Assembly (NCBI GenBank): GCA_018608435.1
Contig: JABAZV010000007.1
Coordinates: 13,946-65,781, forward strand
DNA: 51,836 bases
Direction of reading: 5' to 3'
From: Patescibacteria group bacterium
GTDB taxonomy: Bacteria > Patescibacteriota > Minisyncoccia > Phycocordibacterales > UBA918
The notes under the pieces were generated by a model. That model did no database searches. It worked only from the letters and a program-made list of their open reading frames with translations, and was not told the origin of the DNA. The translations under genes and the position numbers were made by a program. Shown piece by piece: positions 37,714 to 46,417 of the stretch. Each line of letters starts with the position of its first letter. Positions within the stretch are counted from its first letter, which is position 1.

Positions 37714-38574
37714 TTATCGCTTGCCGCCCATGATGCGTCCTGGCTTGCGCCTTGATACAATGAGTTTGTTTGAGTATTTCTTTGGTGATCTTGTCTTCTG
37801 ACCTTTTCCAGTCGGACGACCCTGCTTGGTTCGTTGGCGACGGTGTCCCCGTGGAGACTTACCTTCACCACCACCATGCGGGTGATCGACAGCGTTCTTA
37901 GCAGCACCACGAGTCTTCGGACGAAGTCCCATATGCCTAGCTCGTCCCGCTTTACCGATACTAACAAGTCGATACTCTTCGTTTGACACTTCACCGACCG
38001 ATGCCCACGCAGAGTTTAGTACTTTACGAATTTCGGACGACGGCATTTTTAGTGTCGTGTGCTTGCTGTCTTGCGCTACCACTTCGATCGAGTTTCCAGC
38101 ACTACGACCAAGCTTCGCTCCAGCTCCAGGGTTGATTTCAACGTTGTAAACAACAGTACCAACCGGAATAGCTGAAAGAGGCAAACGGTTACCAGTCTTC
38201 ACCTTCGCCGTTTCCGACACAACAACTTCATCTCCAGCAGCCAACTTTTGTGGCGCAAGGATGTAACGACGTTCACCATCTAAGTAACAAATAAGCGCGA
38301 TGAAACCAGAACGGTTTGGATCATACTCGATTGTTTCTACTTTAGCTGGCACTTCTTTCTTATCGTACTTGAAGTCGATCAAACGATACGTGCGCTTGTT
38401 TCCACCTCCACGATAATGAACTGTAATGCGTCCTGAGCTGTTACGACCACCTGTACTCCGCTTTCCTTTCGTGAGTTTCTTGTGCGGATTACTTTGGGTA
38501 GAAGTGAGTTTTTTCTTATACTCCACCACCGAGCCGTCGCGACGTCCGGGGGAAGTTGGTTTATACTTTTTCAT
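37714..38574 (-). CDS. rplB: 50S ribosomal protein L2
   Basis: GRNSSGRIT, IEYDPNRS, NAVDHPHGGGEG. Confidence 0.99.
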   Translation of the reverse strand: MKKYKPTSPGRRDGSVVEYKKKLTSTQSNPHKKLTKGKRSTGGRNSSGRITVHYRGGGNKRTYRLIDFKYDKKEVPAKVETIEYDPNRSGFIALICYLDGERRYILAPQKLAAGDEVVVSETAKVKTGNRLPLSAIPVGTVVYNVEINPGAGAKLGRSAGNSIEVVAQDSKHTTLKMPSSEIRKVLNSAWASVGEVSNEEYRLVSIGKAGRARHMGLRPKTRGAAKNAVDHPHGGGEGKSPRGHRRQRTKQGRPTGKGQKTRSPKKYSNKLIVSRRKPGRIMGGKR

Positions 38575-38684
38575 ATTTTAATTTAGAAACTAGTGGTGAG
38601 GAGTTTGCGTGGTGCAAGCTTCGCTTGCACCACCTCCAACCTTATCTTCCTAATATATTTTGCCCGATAATTTTGACCAGACTA

Positions 38685-39065
38685 TTAGATCAAGTTGATC
38701 GTGTCACCTTTTTTAAGGTAGACATACGCCTTCTTTTCACCCTTCACATGCTTCATGCGATTGCGGCTACCGATAAGACGCTTGGCTGGTTTTTTATTAA
38801 CGATGTTTACCTTCACCGGCGTCACATTGTAAAGAGATATTATTGCATCACGCACTTGATACTTAGTGGCTGAACGCTTCACATTAAATGTGTACACGTT
38901 CTTCTCACCTTGAGCTACTGATTTCTCAGTAATACGTGGAGAAATAATTATCGAGTCAAGATTGTAGTCAGTACTCAGTGCCTTTTGCGCTGGAGCCTGC
39001 TTCTTCTCAACTTCCTCTTTCGTGATGTCTTTCTTGGTGTCTTTTTTCTTTCCGAAGAGAGCCAT
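38685..39065 (-). CDS. rplW: 50S ribosomal protein L23 (N-terminal extension)
   Basis: PRITEKS, YTF, KVNIVN, KKAYVYL. Confidence 0.96.
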   Translation of the reverse strand: MALFGKKKDTKKDITKEEVEKKQAPAQKALSTDYNLDSIIISPRITEKSVAQGEKNVYTFNVKRSATKYQVRDAIISLYNVTPVKVNIVNKKPAKRLIGSRNRMKHVKGEKKAYVYLKKGDTINLI

Positions 39066-39066
39066 A

Positions 39067-39747
39067 CTACTTTGACTTAGGTGCTGGTGTCACACGATGC
39101 TCAAACACTTCAACCGAAGCTGGCGCATCAGACACCACCACATACTTATAAGTGAGAAGATCAACTGGGTTGATATCCTTTGCTTGCATTACTTCGATAT
39201 TACCGAAGTTACGAAAGCTTTTCTCGGTGGCGAGATTACGCTCTGCGAGCACAACCAACGCTGCGTTCTTGCGCTTGTTTACAATCATATCTTCGCCCAC
39301 TCCTTTGGCAAAATTTGCGATTGTTACTTTTGCGTCTTTAGTTTTTGGTTCTTCCATAGCCAACGTGTCAACAAAGAATACTTCACCGTCAACCAACTTT
39401 TTAGACAAGACTGAAGCGAGTGCTTTAGCTTTTGCCTTTTTGTTGATTTTAACTGAGAAGTCTTTTTCGTTTCGTGGACCAAAAGTTACACCACCTCCAG
39501 TCCAAATCGGACTACGACGTGAACCGTGACGAGCACGACCGGTACCTTTTTGCTTCCATGGCTTGCGTCCTCCACCGCGTACTTCACTACGGTCTTTAGT
39601 GTGTGCGTTGCCTTCGCGTGCATTGGCCTGCATTCCAACCACGACTTCATGCACGAGGTTAGGATTCCAAGCAACGTTGAACACTGTCTCTGGCAAAGTT
39701 ACTGTGCCAGATTCTTTTCCATCTTTAGAAAATAGTTTTGCATCCAT
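39067..39747 (-). CDS. rplD: 50S ribosomal protein L4
   Basis: TKDRSEVRGGGRKPWKQKGTGRARHGS. Confidence 0.99.
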   Translation of the reverse strand: MDAKLFSKDGKESGTVTLPETVFNVAWNPNLVHEVVVGMQANAREGNAHTKDRSEVRGGGRKPWKQKGTGRARHGSRRSPIWTGGGVTFGPRNEKDFSVKINKKAKAKALASVLSKKLVDGEVFFVDTLAMEEPKTKDAKVTIANFAKGVGEDMIVNKRKNAALVVLAERNLATEKSFRNFGNIEVMQAKDINPVDLLTYKYVVVSDAPASVEVFEHRVTPAPKSK

Positions 39748-39751
39748 ACGA

Positions 39752-40378
39752 TTATTTTACTTGGGCCCCGTAGACCTCTACTAATGTTCCCTTTCGACCT
39801 GGGACGGCTCCTGACACGACGAGAATATTTTCGTCGGCATTCACCTGAAGGACTTTAAGTCCTTTAACGGTAACGCGATCGCTACCCATACGACCACCCA
39901 TGCGTGTGCCTTTAAGAACACGCGCAACTCCGGTCGCACCAATTGATCCTGGTTCACGCTCAGAGTGCTTCTGACCGTGTGAGCGTCGTCCACCCTTAAA
40001 GCTGTAACGCTTCACAACACCTTGGAATCCTTTACCTTTTGAGATCGCAGCGACGATAATTTCGTCACCGGGCTCAAAAGTTGCTACATCACGCGCAGCT
40101 CCAGCTTCGACACCGTCGATACTTTCACCGTACACAGCTCGCGGTCGAAACTCACGTGCTGCAGCCGTGTCACCTCTGTGACCTTTGTTTGCTTTGTTAA
40201 CTCGGTGCTCCTTTTGCTTACCAAAAGCAAGCTGGACTGCAGCGTACCCATCCTTTTCAGAGGTTTTTACCTGCGACACAGTCGCGGGGGTAACCTTAAG
40301 AACGGTCGCTGCTCGACACACGCCTTCGGCATCGAAGACTTGTGTCATACCGGTTTTGGTTCCTACAATGAATTTCAT
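39752..40378 (-). CDS. rplC: 50S ribosomal protein L3
   Basis: MKFIVGTKTGMTQVF, SKGKGFQGVVKR, PGSIG, GAVPG. Confidence 0.98.
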   Translation of the reverse strand: MKFIVGTKTGMTQVFDAEGVCRAATVLKVTPATVSQVKTSEKDGYAAVQLAFGKQKEHRVNKANKGHRGDTAAAREFRPRAVYGESIDGVEAGAARDVATFEPGDEIIVAAISKGKGFQGVVKRYSFKGGRRSHGQKHSEREPGSIGATGVARVLKGTRMGGRMGSDRVTVKGLKVLQVNADENILVVSGAVPGRKGTLVEVYGAQVK

Positions 40379-40606
40379 TTGTATGAATCTAGGTTGATAA
40401 ATAAAGCTTTTTGAAGCGATCTGAAACATCTTCAGAAAACTTCCAAGACCCATACAACAAATCGCGTCTTTTTCACGCGAGCACAAGCTCGACGTACAAA
40501 AGACGCGATTTGTGCCCATTGGTCCGCACCGCAAGAAATACTTGCAAACACGTACATAGGTCTTTTAAAGCTAGGCTCAGTATACGAAAATATTGAGTAA
40601 TTGCAA
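40379..40606 (-). promoter_or_regulatory. Promoter and structured leader (about 190 nt) of rplC-rplD-rplW-rplB
   Basis: TTGCAA-16-TATACT (40606-40579); stem acaaatcgcgtctttt/aaaagacgcgatttgt plus flanking helices. Confidence 0.65.
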
Positions 40607-40655
40607 GTTTAACGATACGAAAATTGCTACTGTGAGCATGATATTATTCTGATAT

Positions 40656-42611
40656 ATGATAAATGCATGCAACACCAAACACAGTTATTTTACAAGCAAA
40701 TTATTTTTATTACTCGCAGTTTTTCTTTTCAGCTTCGCTCAAGTTCACGCAAATGAAATAGAGTACGAAAAAACCGATATACTTACCGGAGCAATCATAA
40801 ACAAAGTTGTTCTAGATGAATCCGGCGCAACCTATGCTGCCGGAACCATAAGAAACTCGAGTCATTATGGCAGCGATAGTCTGTACGGTGTTATTATTAT
40901 TAAGTACGACAAAAATAACAAATTTGAGTGGCTAAAAAAAATAGCAGACAAAGGTGAAGAAGGCTACGGTGACATTGTGACAGATTTAATGATCAGTAAT
41001 GGCAAAGTATACGTATCTGGTGCTGTTACCGACGAAGCAATACTAGAGACCAACAGCTCTTACATAGTGAACGATCACGATTTCAGCGAGCACCATCCAT
41101 TTACAGCAATTTACGATTTGGAGGGAAATTATATTGATGCTTGGCCAGGAATAAGCGGTCACATGTCCACTGACTCAGAAGGGAGCATCTATTTTGCGAG
41201 CATGCTAAAAGAAACTCGAGACCTTGATATTTCAGCGAACAAAGATATTTACGAAGCAAGCTCTGGACAAAGACGAGGACATATCACTAAATACAACAAA
41301 GACGGTACTTACGAATGGACCAGGGTATTTGGTGCTCAGACTGACCCAGACAGTCAAGCAGTCACCAATGTTTTCTTTGATGTTAGCGATATGGTAATCG
41401 ATGATAATGACAATGTATATATTACGGGCAAACGAAACAGCGAATTTGTGATATTTGATGAAAACGGCGCAGTTAGCAAAACGCTTGAAGCCCGAGCTCC
41501 ATCTAACATATCACTCTATGTGTCCAAGTACGATAAAAATGGAGAGTATAAATGGACGAAAGAAATAAAAAGAGATCTCGGTTACGTAGAAGGATTTGGA
41601 CTGGCCGTGGACAAGCAGCAGAATATACTTGTTATTGGCAGGCTGACCGGCTATCCCATAACCATTGAAACAACTACTGGCAATACTGAATTGAACATTA
41701 TGGCTAGCTTGGACTCAAACAGTACAGGCAGCATCTTGCTTAATCTTGAAACCGATAACGGAGACATTGTTTGGGCAAAGACCATTCGTAATTCACGTGA
41801 AATGCCAGACGGATTCTACGAAAGAGTGATAGCTCATGAAGTTGCGGTCGGGCCAGACAATGGTGACATCTATGTGACTGGAGAGTTTACCGGATATAGT
41901 TATTTGGGTGGAAGCAGTCTGAAAGACAATGAGCTCAGAGCCAATGATACAATGGCTTTCTTGAGCATCTTTGATAAGAATGGAAATTTTAAAAAAGCTC
42001 TTACTCCGGAAGCAAAGACAGCAAATGTGTATACCACAGGCCAATCTGTTGCAGCCGGCAATGACGGATCTTTGGTGTATGCTGGAAAATTATTCGGTAC
42101 TGATGGAGGGAAAATTGACTTTGATCATAGTCAAGGAATCGACACAAAAACTGAAAATGGTAACTTCTCTAGTTTCTTAACCCAACTAAATACTGGGGCA
42201 GTAAGCCGGGTTGATGAGGAAGTAAAAGAAGGTGAACCAGAAGAAAATAAACGAGCAGTTATGATGGCGAAGATTAACGAGCTGCTTAGTCTCATTGAAA
42301 ATCTACAACAGCAATTAAAAGAAAAACAAAATGGAAAAGTTCCGTTTGGTGCTTACGTTAGTGAAATCGCTAAAACCATAGGCAAAGGTGACAATGGTCA
42401 AGACGTGAGAAGTCTACAGGAGTTTTTGGCAAAAAACCCAGCCTTTTATCCTGAAGGAGAAGTGACAGGATATTATGGAGAAATGACTGAAAAAGCCGTG
42501 CGCCGCTATCAGTGCGCGAACAACATTGTTTGCACCGGCTCTGCACTCACAACTGGATATGGTTATGTTGGCCCAACTACAAAAGCTAAAATGAATGAGG
42601 AAATTAAATAG
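40656..42611 (+). CDS. Exported beta-propeller (SBBP-like) protein with C-terminal peptidoglycan-binding domain
   Basis: Signal peptide; repeated KYDKNG.Y.W.K and D..NVYITG; coiled coil; DVRSLQEFL..TGYYGEMTEKAVRRYQ..GYVGPTTKA. Confidence 0.8.
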   Translation: MINACNTKHSYFTSKLFLLLAVFLFSFAQVHANEIEYEKTDILTGAIINKVVLDESGATYAAGTIRNSSHYGSDSLYGVIIIKYDKNNKFEWLKKIADKGEEGYGDIVTDLMISNGKVYVSGAVTDEAILETNSSYIVNDHDFSEHHPFTAIYDLEGNYIDAWPGISGHMSTDSEGSIYFASMLKETRDLDISANKDIYEASSGQRRGHITKYNKDGTYEWTRVFGAQTDPDSQAVTNVFFDVSDMVIDDNDNVYITGKRNSEFVIFDENGAVSKTLEARAPSNISLYVSKYDKNGEYKWTKEIKRDLGYVEGFGLAVDKQQNILVIGRLTGYPITIETTTGNTELNIMASLDSNSTGSILLNLETDNGDIVWAKTIRNSREMPDGFYERVIAHEVAVGPDNGDIYVTGEFTGYSYLGGSSLKDNELRANDTMAFLSIFDKNGNFKKALTPEAKTANVYTTGQSVAAGNDGSLVYAGKLFGTDGGKIDFDHSQGIDTKTENGNFSSFLTQLNTGAVSRVDEEVKEGEPEENKRAVMMAKINELLSLIENLQQQLKEKQNGKVPFGAYVSEIAKTIGKGDNGQDVRSLQEFLAKNPAFYPEGEVTGYYGEMTEKAVRRYQCANNIVCTGSALTTGYGYVGPTTKAKMNEEIK

Positions 42612-42624
42612 AGTCAATACTGGT

Positions 42625-42662
42625 AAAACAAAAAATCTGTCTAATGACAGATTTTTTGTTTT
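42625..42662. terminator. Bidirectional terminator
   Basis: aaaacaaaaaatctgtc-taat-gacagattttttgtttt. Confidence 0.85.
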
Positions 42663-42698
42663 GACCTAATAAATAACGCTTGTTTTGTTGGTTGTTTT

Positions 42699-42821
42699 CT
42701 ATGCTACCAAAGGTGCAATGTGAAAGTAAGTCAACGCTCCGAGAGTAGACAGGGTCAAACATTGAACCATCCAACTATCTTCGGACTGAAAGGTCATTTT
42801 ATTGTCTTCTAAGTTTTGCAT
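42699..42821 (-). CDS. Putative 40-aa small protein with hydrophobic C-terminus
   Basis: MQNLEDNKMTFQSEDSWMVQCLTLSTLGALTYFHIAPLVA, between a promoter/structured leader and a terminator. Confidence 0.4.
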   Translation of the reverse strand: MQNLEDNKMTFQSEDSWMVQCLTLSTLGALTYFHIAPLVA

Positions 42822-43450
42822 AAAAATAAACTTGAAGTTATAAAGAACATAATAGAGAGAATCCGTCGCACAGCCAATCGCTAGTACGCTAATTTTATTC
42901 GCCACAGACTGGGCGACAGATTCCTCTGAAGAACTAAAGAACTGATTCTTGTAATTTCAGCAATTAATGCTATTGCACATTGCTGAAGTAACAAAGATTG
43001 GGCGAACCGACTCAGTCGATTCGCCCTCCTTATTACTTATTTAATATAAACCTTTAGCTAACTTTAAGCAATGAGCGAGTGGGGATAACTTTTAAGTTTA
43101 CTTCAAGGAAGTAAGTGCTATGGCTTCACAACTAAAATCAATATGATACTCTTTCAAAGGATTTGAAACTAAGGTGTAACTCAATGAAAGTTCCTACTGT
43201 TAAAATGCCAGTTGTTGTGTACGGCTTACTGCCGGCACAAATAATATTTGTCGATTCGACCATGAAACTATATAAAACTCACGAGCGAGATACCTGTCGT
43301 CAAATACAAATAAATCAAGCAAGCAAATCAAATAACAAACTACACAGGCAATCCACAAATAGACACAAATAGAAGTCCTGCATTTTACCACCCTCTTCGG
43401 GTGGTACTTTTACACTAAGCACTTTGACTAACTTGTTTATCAACCAAAAC

Positions 43451-43485
43451 AAAACACCTACCAATTGCTTGGTAGGTGTTTTTTT
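43451..43485 (-). terminator. Terminator after rpsJ
   Basis: aaaacacctaccaa-ttgc-ttggtaggtgtttt. Confidence 0.85.
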
Positions 43486-43495
43486 GCTAACAGTA

Positions 43496-43840
43496 TTAGC
43501 CCATCATTTTTACATCAATGTTCACGCCGGACGGTAGAGAAAGGTTCGTAAGAGCCTCTACTACTTTAGGACCAGGGTTGAGAATATCGATCACACGCTT
43601 GTGTGTTCGCATTTCAAATTGTTCTCGCGCGTCCTTGTGTACGAAAGTTGAACGGTTGACTGTATACTTCTTAATTTCAGTTGGAAGCGGAATCGGGCCA
43701 ACAACATTTGCGTCAAAACGCATTGCAGTATCCATAATTTGCTTAACTGAGTTATCAAGAATTTTATGCTCGTAAGCACGCACTCGAATACGAAGTTTAC
43801 CGATTGAACCAGATGCTTTTTCTGCTGTAGTGTCTGCCAT
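43496..43840 (-). CDS. rpsJ: 30S ribosomal protein S10 (NusE)
   Basis: LRIRVRAYEH, GPIPLPT, REQFEMRTHKR. Confidence 0.99.
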   Translation of the reverse strand: MADTTAEKASGSIGKLRIRVRAYEHKILDNSVKQIMDTAMRFDANVVGPIPLPTEIKKYTVNRSTFVHKDAREQFEMRTHKRVIDILNPGPKVVEALTNLSLPSGVNIDVKMMG

Positions 43841-43989
43841 AGTGATAATTTTGATTTCTTCACATCTACAAGCAAGCTTGAGAATGCTTTATCTGTGAGA
43901 CAGAGAGCGAATCTCCGAATTGAGCCGAAGCACAAGGAAGGGAGATTTGCTTACTCTACCAAAGCAGATGAAGTGCTGTGAAGCTTCGT

Positions 43990-45180
43990 TTAAGCGATGA
44001 TTTTAGTTACCACACCAGCACCTACGGTTTTACCGCCTTCACGAATAGCGAAGTTTGTTTGCACTTCGAGTGCTACTGGTTGTACCAATTTAACTTTGAA
44101 AGTTGCTGTGTCCCCCGGCATAACCATCTCAGTTCCTTCGGCTAGAGTCACGTCTCCTGTTACGTCAGTTGTACGAACGTAGAACTGTGGCTTGTAACCT
44201 GAAAAGAATGGAGTGTGTCGTCCACCTTCGTCTTTAGATAGAACGTATACCTCAGCTTCAAATTCCAAGTGAGGTGTTACTGAACCTTTTGCTGCCAACA
44301 CTTGACCACGGTGAACGTCTTCTTTCTTAGTACCACGTAGTAAGATTCCAGCGTTGTCACCAGCTTGTGCCTGGTCGAGCTGCTTGTTGAACATCTCAAC
44401 TCCTGTCACAGTAGTGTTAGCAGTGTTGTCGATACCAACAATTTCGATTTCTTCACCTACTTTCACCTTACCTCGTTCTACTCGACCAGTAACCACTGTG
44501 CCGCGTCCTTCAATTGAGAAGATATCTTCGATTGGCATAAGGAAAGGCTTGTCCATATCTCGTTCTGGTGTTGGGAAGTATTCATCCATCGCGTTTACAA
44601 GCTCAAGGATTTTAGCTTGGTAGTCTGCATCACCTTCAAGTGCTTTAAGAGCTGAACCTTGGATAATCGGTGCTCCTTCGCCGTCGAATCCGCCAGCAGT
44701 AAGCATCTCACGCAATTCTTCTTCCACGAGCATAAGCATTTCTTCGTCTTCTACCATGTCACACTTGTTCATGAATACAAGCATCTTTGGTACACCAACT
44801 TGCTTAGCAAGCAGAACGTGCTCACGAGTTTGTGGCATAGCTCCGTCTGTAGCTGCCACCACGAGGATAGCGCCGTCCATTTGGGCAGCACCAGTAATCA
44901 TGTTTTTGATGTAGTCGGCGTGACCTGGAGCATCAATGTGAGCGTAGTGTCGCTTGGGAGTTTCGTACTCAGAGTGAGAAAGTGAAATAGTAATTCCACG
45001 CGCTTTTTCTTCTGGAGCTTTATCGATATCAGCAACATCCTTTACGTTTGCTGTGTACCCTTCGCCTTCATTAGCTTTAAGAGTAGTAAGGATTGCAGCA
45101 GTCAAAGTAGTCTTACCGTGGTCAACGTGACCGATAGTACCTACGTTGATGTGTTCTTTTGAGCGATCAAATTCTGCCAT
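43990..45180 (-). CDS. tuf: Elongation factor Tu
   Basis: [36 protein letters not shown]. Confidence 0.99.
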   Translation of the reverse strand: MAEFDRSKEHINVGTIGHVDHGKTTLTAAILTTLKANEGEGYTANVKDVADIDKAPEEKARGITISLSHSEYETPKRHYAHIDAPGHADYIKNMITGAAQMDGAILVVAATDGAMPQTREHVLLAKQVGVPKMLVFMNKCDMVEDEEMLMLVEEELREMLTAGGFDGEGAPIIQGSALKALEGDADYQAKILELVNAMDEYFPTPERDMDKPFLMPIEDIFSIEGRGTVVTGRVERGKVKVGEEIEIVGIDNTANTTVTGVEMFNKQLDQAQAGDNAGILLRGTKKEDVHRGQVLAAKGSVTPHLEFEAEVYVLSKDEGGRHTPFFSGYKPQFYVRTTDVTGDVTLAEGTEMVMPGDTATFKVKLVQPVALEVQTNFAIREGGKTVGAGVVTKIIA

Positions 45181-45368
45181 GTTAGTAGATTAATTTACTA
45201 TAAATAATTTTAATATTCCCACACTTGTTCGGAAGTATTACAAATAGAAAAAGCCTTGTTTGTGGCCCTGCATTGCAGCAGTGTCCAAACAGGCTCTTTC
45301 GCAGCGTTTATTTCCGTGTACAAGCAAAGCGGCGCGAGAACGCCGCGCTTCGTTTGTAAACGAAACGG

Positions 45369-45380
45369 TGTGAAAGAGCA
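45369..45380 (-). promoter_or_regulatory. boxA-like NusB/NusE site in the tuf-rpsJ leader
   Basis: TGCTCTTTCACA versus E. coli rrn boxA TGCTCTTTAACA (one mismatch). Confidence 0.5.
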
Positions 45381-45447
45381 CTATCTTTAATACCCCCTAC
45401 GCAAACATCCAAAGAGACATCCGTGTGTGGTGTGGCTATGGTATCAG

Positions 45448-45514
45448 AGCAGCCAGAAAATGCAAGACGGGTGGGGCGCTTCGCACCCCACCCGTCTTGC
45501 ATTTTCTGGCTGCT
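45448..45514. repeat. 67-bp near-perfect inverted repeat overlapping the tuf promoter
   Basis: agcagccagaaaatgcaagacgggtggggcgc-ttc-gcaccccacccgtcttgcattttctggctgct. Confidence 0.9.
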
Positions 45515-45567
45515 TCTCTCACTATTATTTTCACTACTCTTTATTTTCTACACCTTGACCACAATCC

Positions 45568-46407
45568 TTAAGCAACAAACGTTTTATCAGCAATCAAATT
45601 AAGCGACACCTTCGTTATATTCTGAATCTCAAGTCCTGGTGAACTGTTAACCTCCAGCACGCGCCAAGAGTCACGCTGATCGAGCACAAAATCAACTCCA
45701 ATAAAAGCAAGTTCGGTCACTTCTGAACATTTAATTGCCGCTGCCATAGCCTGATCCCAATGCGGCAATCTTGCCCTGGGCTGTATGCCAATTTCAGACA
45801 GAGGTATTTCCTTTTTTGCACCTGGATCATAAACACGATACATCTCTCCGTCGACAGCAGACACAGCAATACCGAGCGCACCCTTGGCTAAGTTCGCCTT
45901 TCCGTCTGAAGCATGAGTTGGGTAGCGAATCATTGCAGCGTAGGGAGAAAATGGTGAAATAATTATCCTTATATCGGGTAAGCTAATAGCATCCTTAAAT
46001 TTAATATGTTCAGAAGCATACAAGACTTCTTCAATCAAAACCTGATCACTAAACCGTGAACCGCTAAACTCGCCGCCTAAAATACGATGAACATGACGCA
46101 ACAAATCATCGGCTGAAAAAATCTTTCCAGACGGACTGCTCCACTCATTGTCACCGTGTTGTTTTAAAACTAAAATTCCTGACCCTTTTGCTCCATGATT
46201 TGGTTTAATAACAAAGTCATTTGGCAAACTCGAGAAAAAATGCAGCTGTGGTCGAATATCTAAAACAGCGTAAGTGTGTGGCACAGGAATATCGTTATCG
46301 GCCAACAACTCTTTAGTCTTGGCTTTATCTTTTGCCAAACGACACGCGTTAGGATGATTCGCTCGTCGAATTAGATGATTGCGAAAGTTCATGCCGAGGA
46401 TATTCAT
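45568..46407 (-). CDS. Alpha-L-glutamate ligase-like (sugar-transfer-associated) ATP-grasp protein
   Basis: ILGMNFRN, DKAKTK, FVIKPNHG..GSGI, DIRII, AMIRYPT..SDGKANLAKG, GVDFV, LEVNSSPGLEIQ. Confidence 0.88.
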   Translation of the reverse strand: MNILGMNFRNHLIRRANHPNACRLAKDKAKTKELLADNDIPVPHTYAVLDIRPQLHFFSSLPNDFVIKPNHGAKGSGILVLKQHGDNEWSSPSGKIFSADDLLRHVHRILGGEFSGSRFSDQVLIEEVLYASEHIKFKDAISLPDIRIIISPFSPYAAMIRYPTHASDGKANLAKGALGIAVSAVDGEMYRVYDPGAKKEIPLSEIGIQPRARLPHWDQAMAAAIKCSEVTELAFIGVDFVLDQRDSWRVLEVNSSPGLEIQNITKVSLNLIADKTFVA

Positions 46408-46417
46408 ACAAATGTGA

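Noticed and set aside
39752-40534. Long N-terminal extensions on L3, L6, S8, L16 and Ndk in the ORF track
   Set aside because: Artefacts of longest-ORF calling; unlike the S14/S19 extensions they resemble nothing else in the window
42660-43040. tmRNA or RNase P RNA, suggested by size
   Set aside because: No tRNA-like ends and no GAGGAAAGUCC-type P4 signature
43163-43391. Two opposing ORFs of 63-69 aa downstream of rpsJ
   Set aside because: No motifs, atypical composition and no clear expression signals
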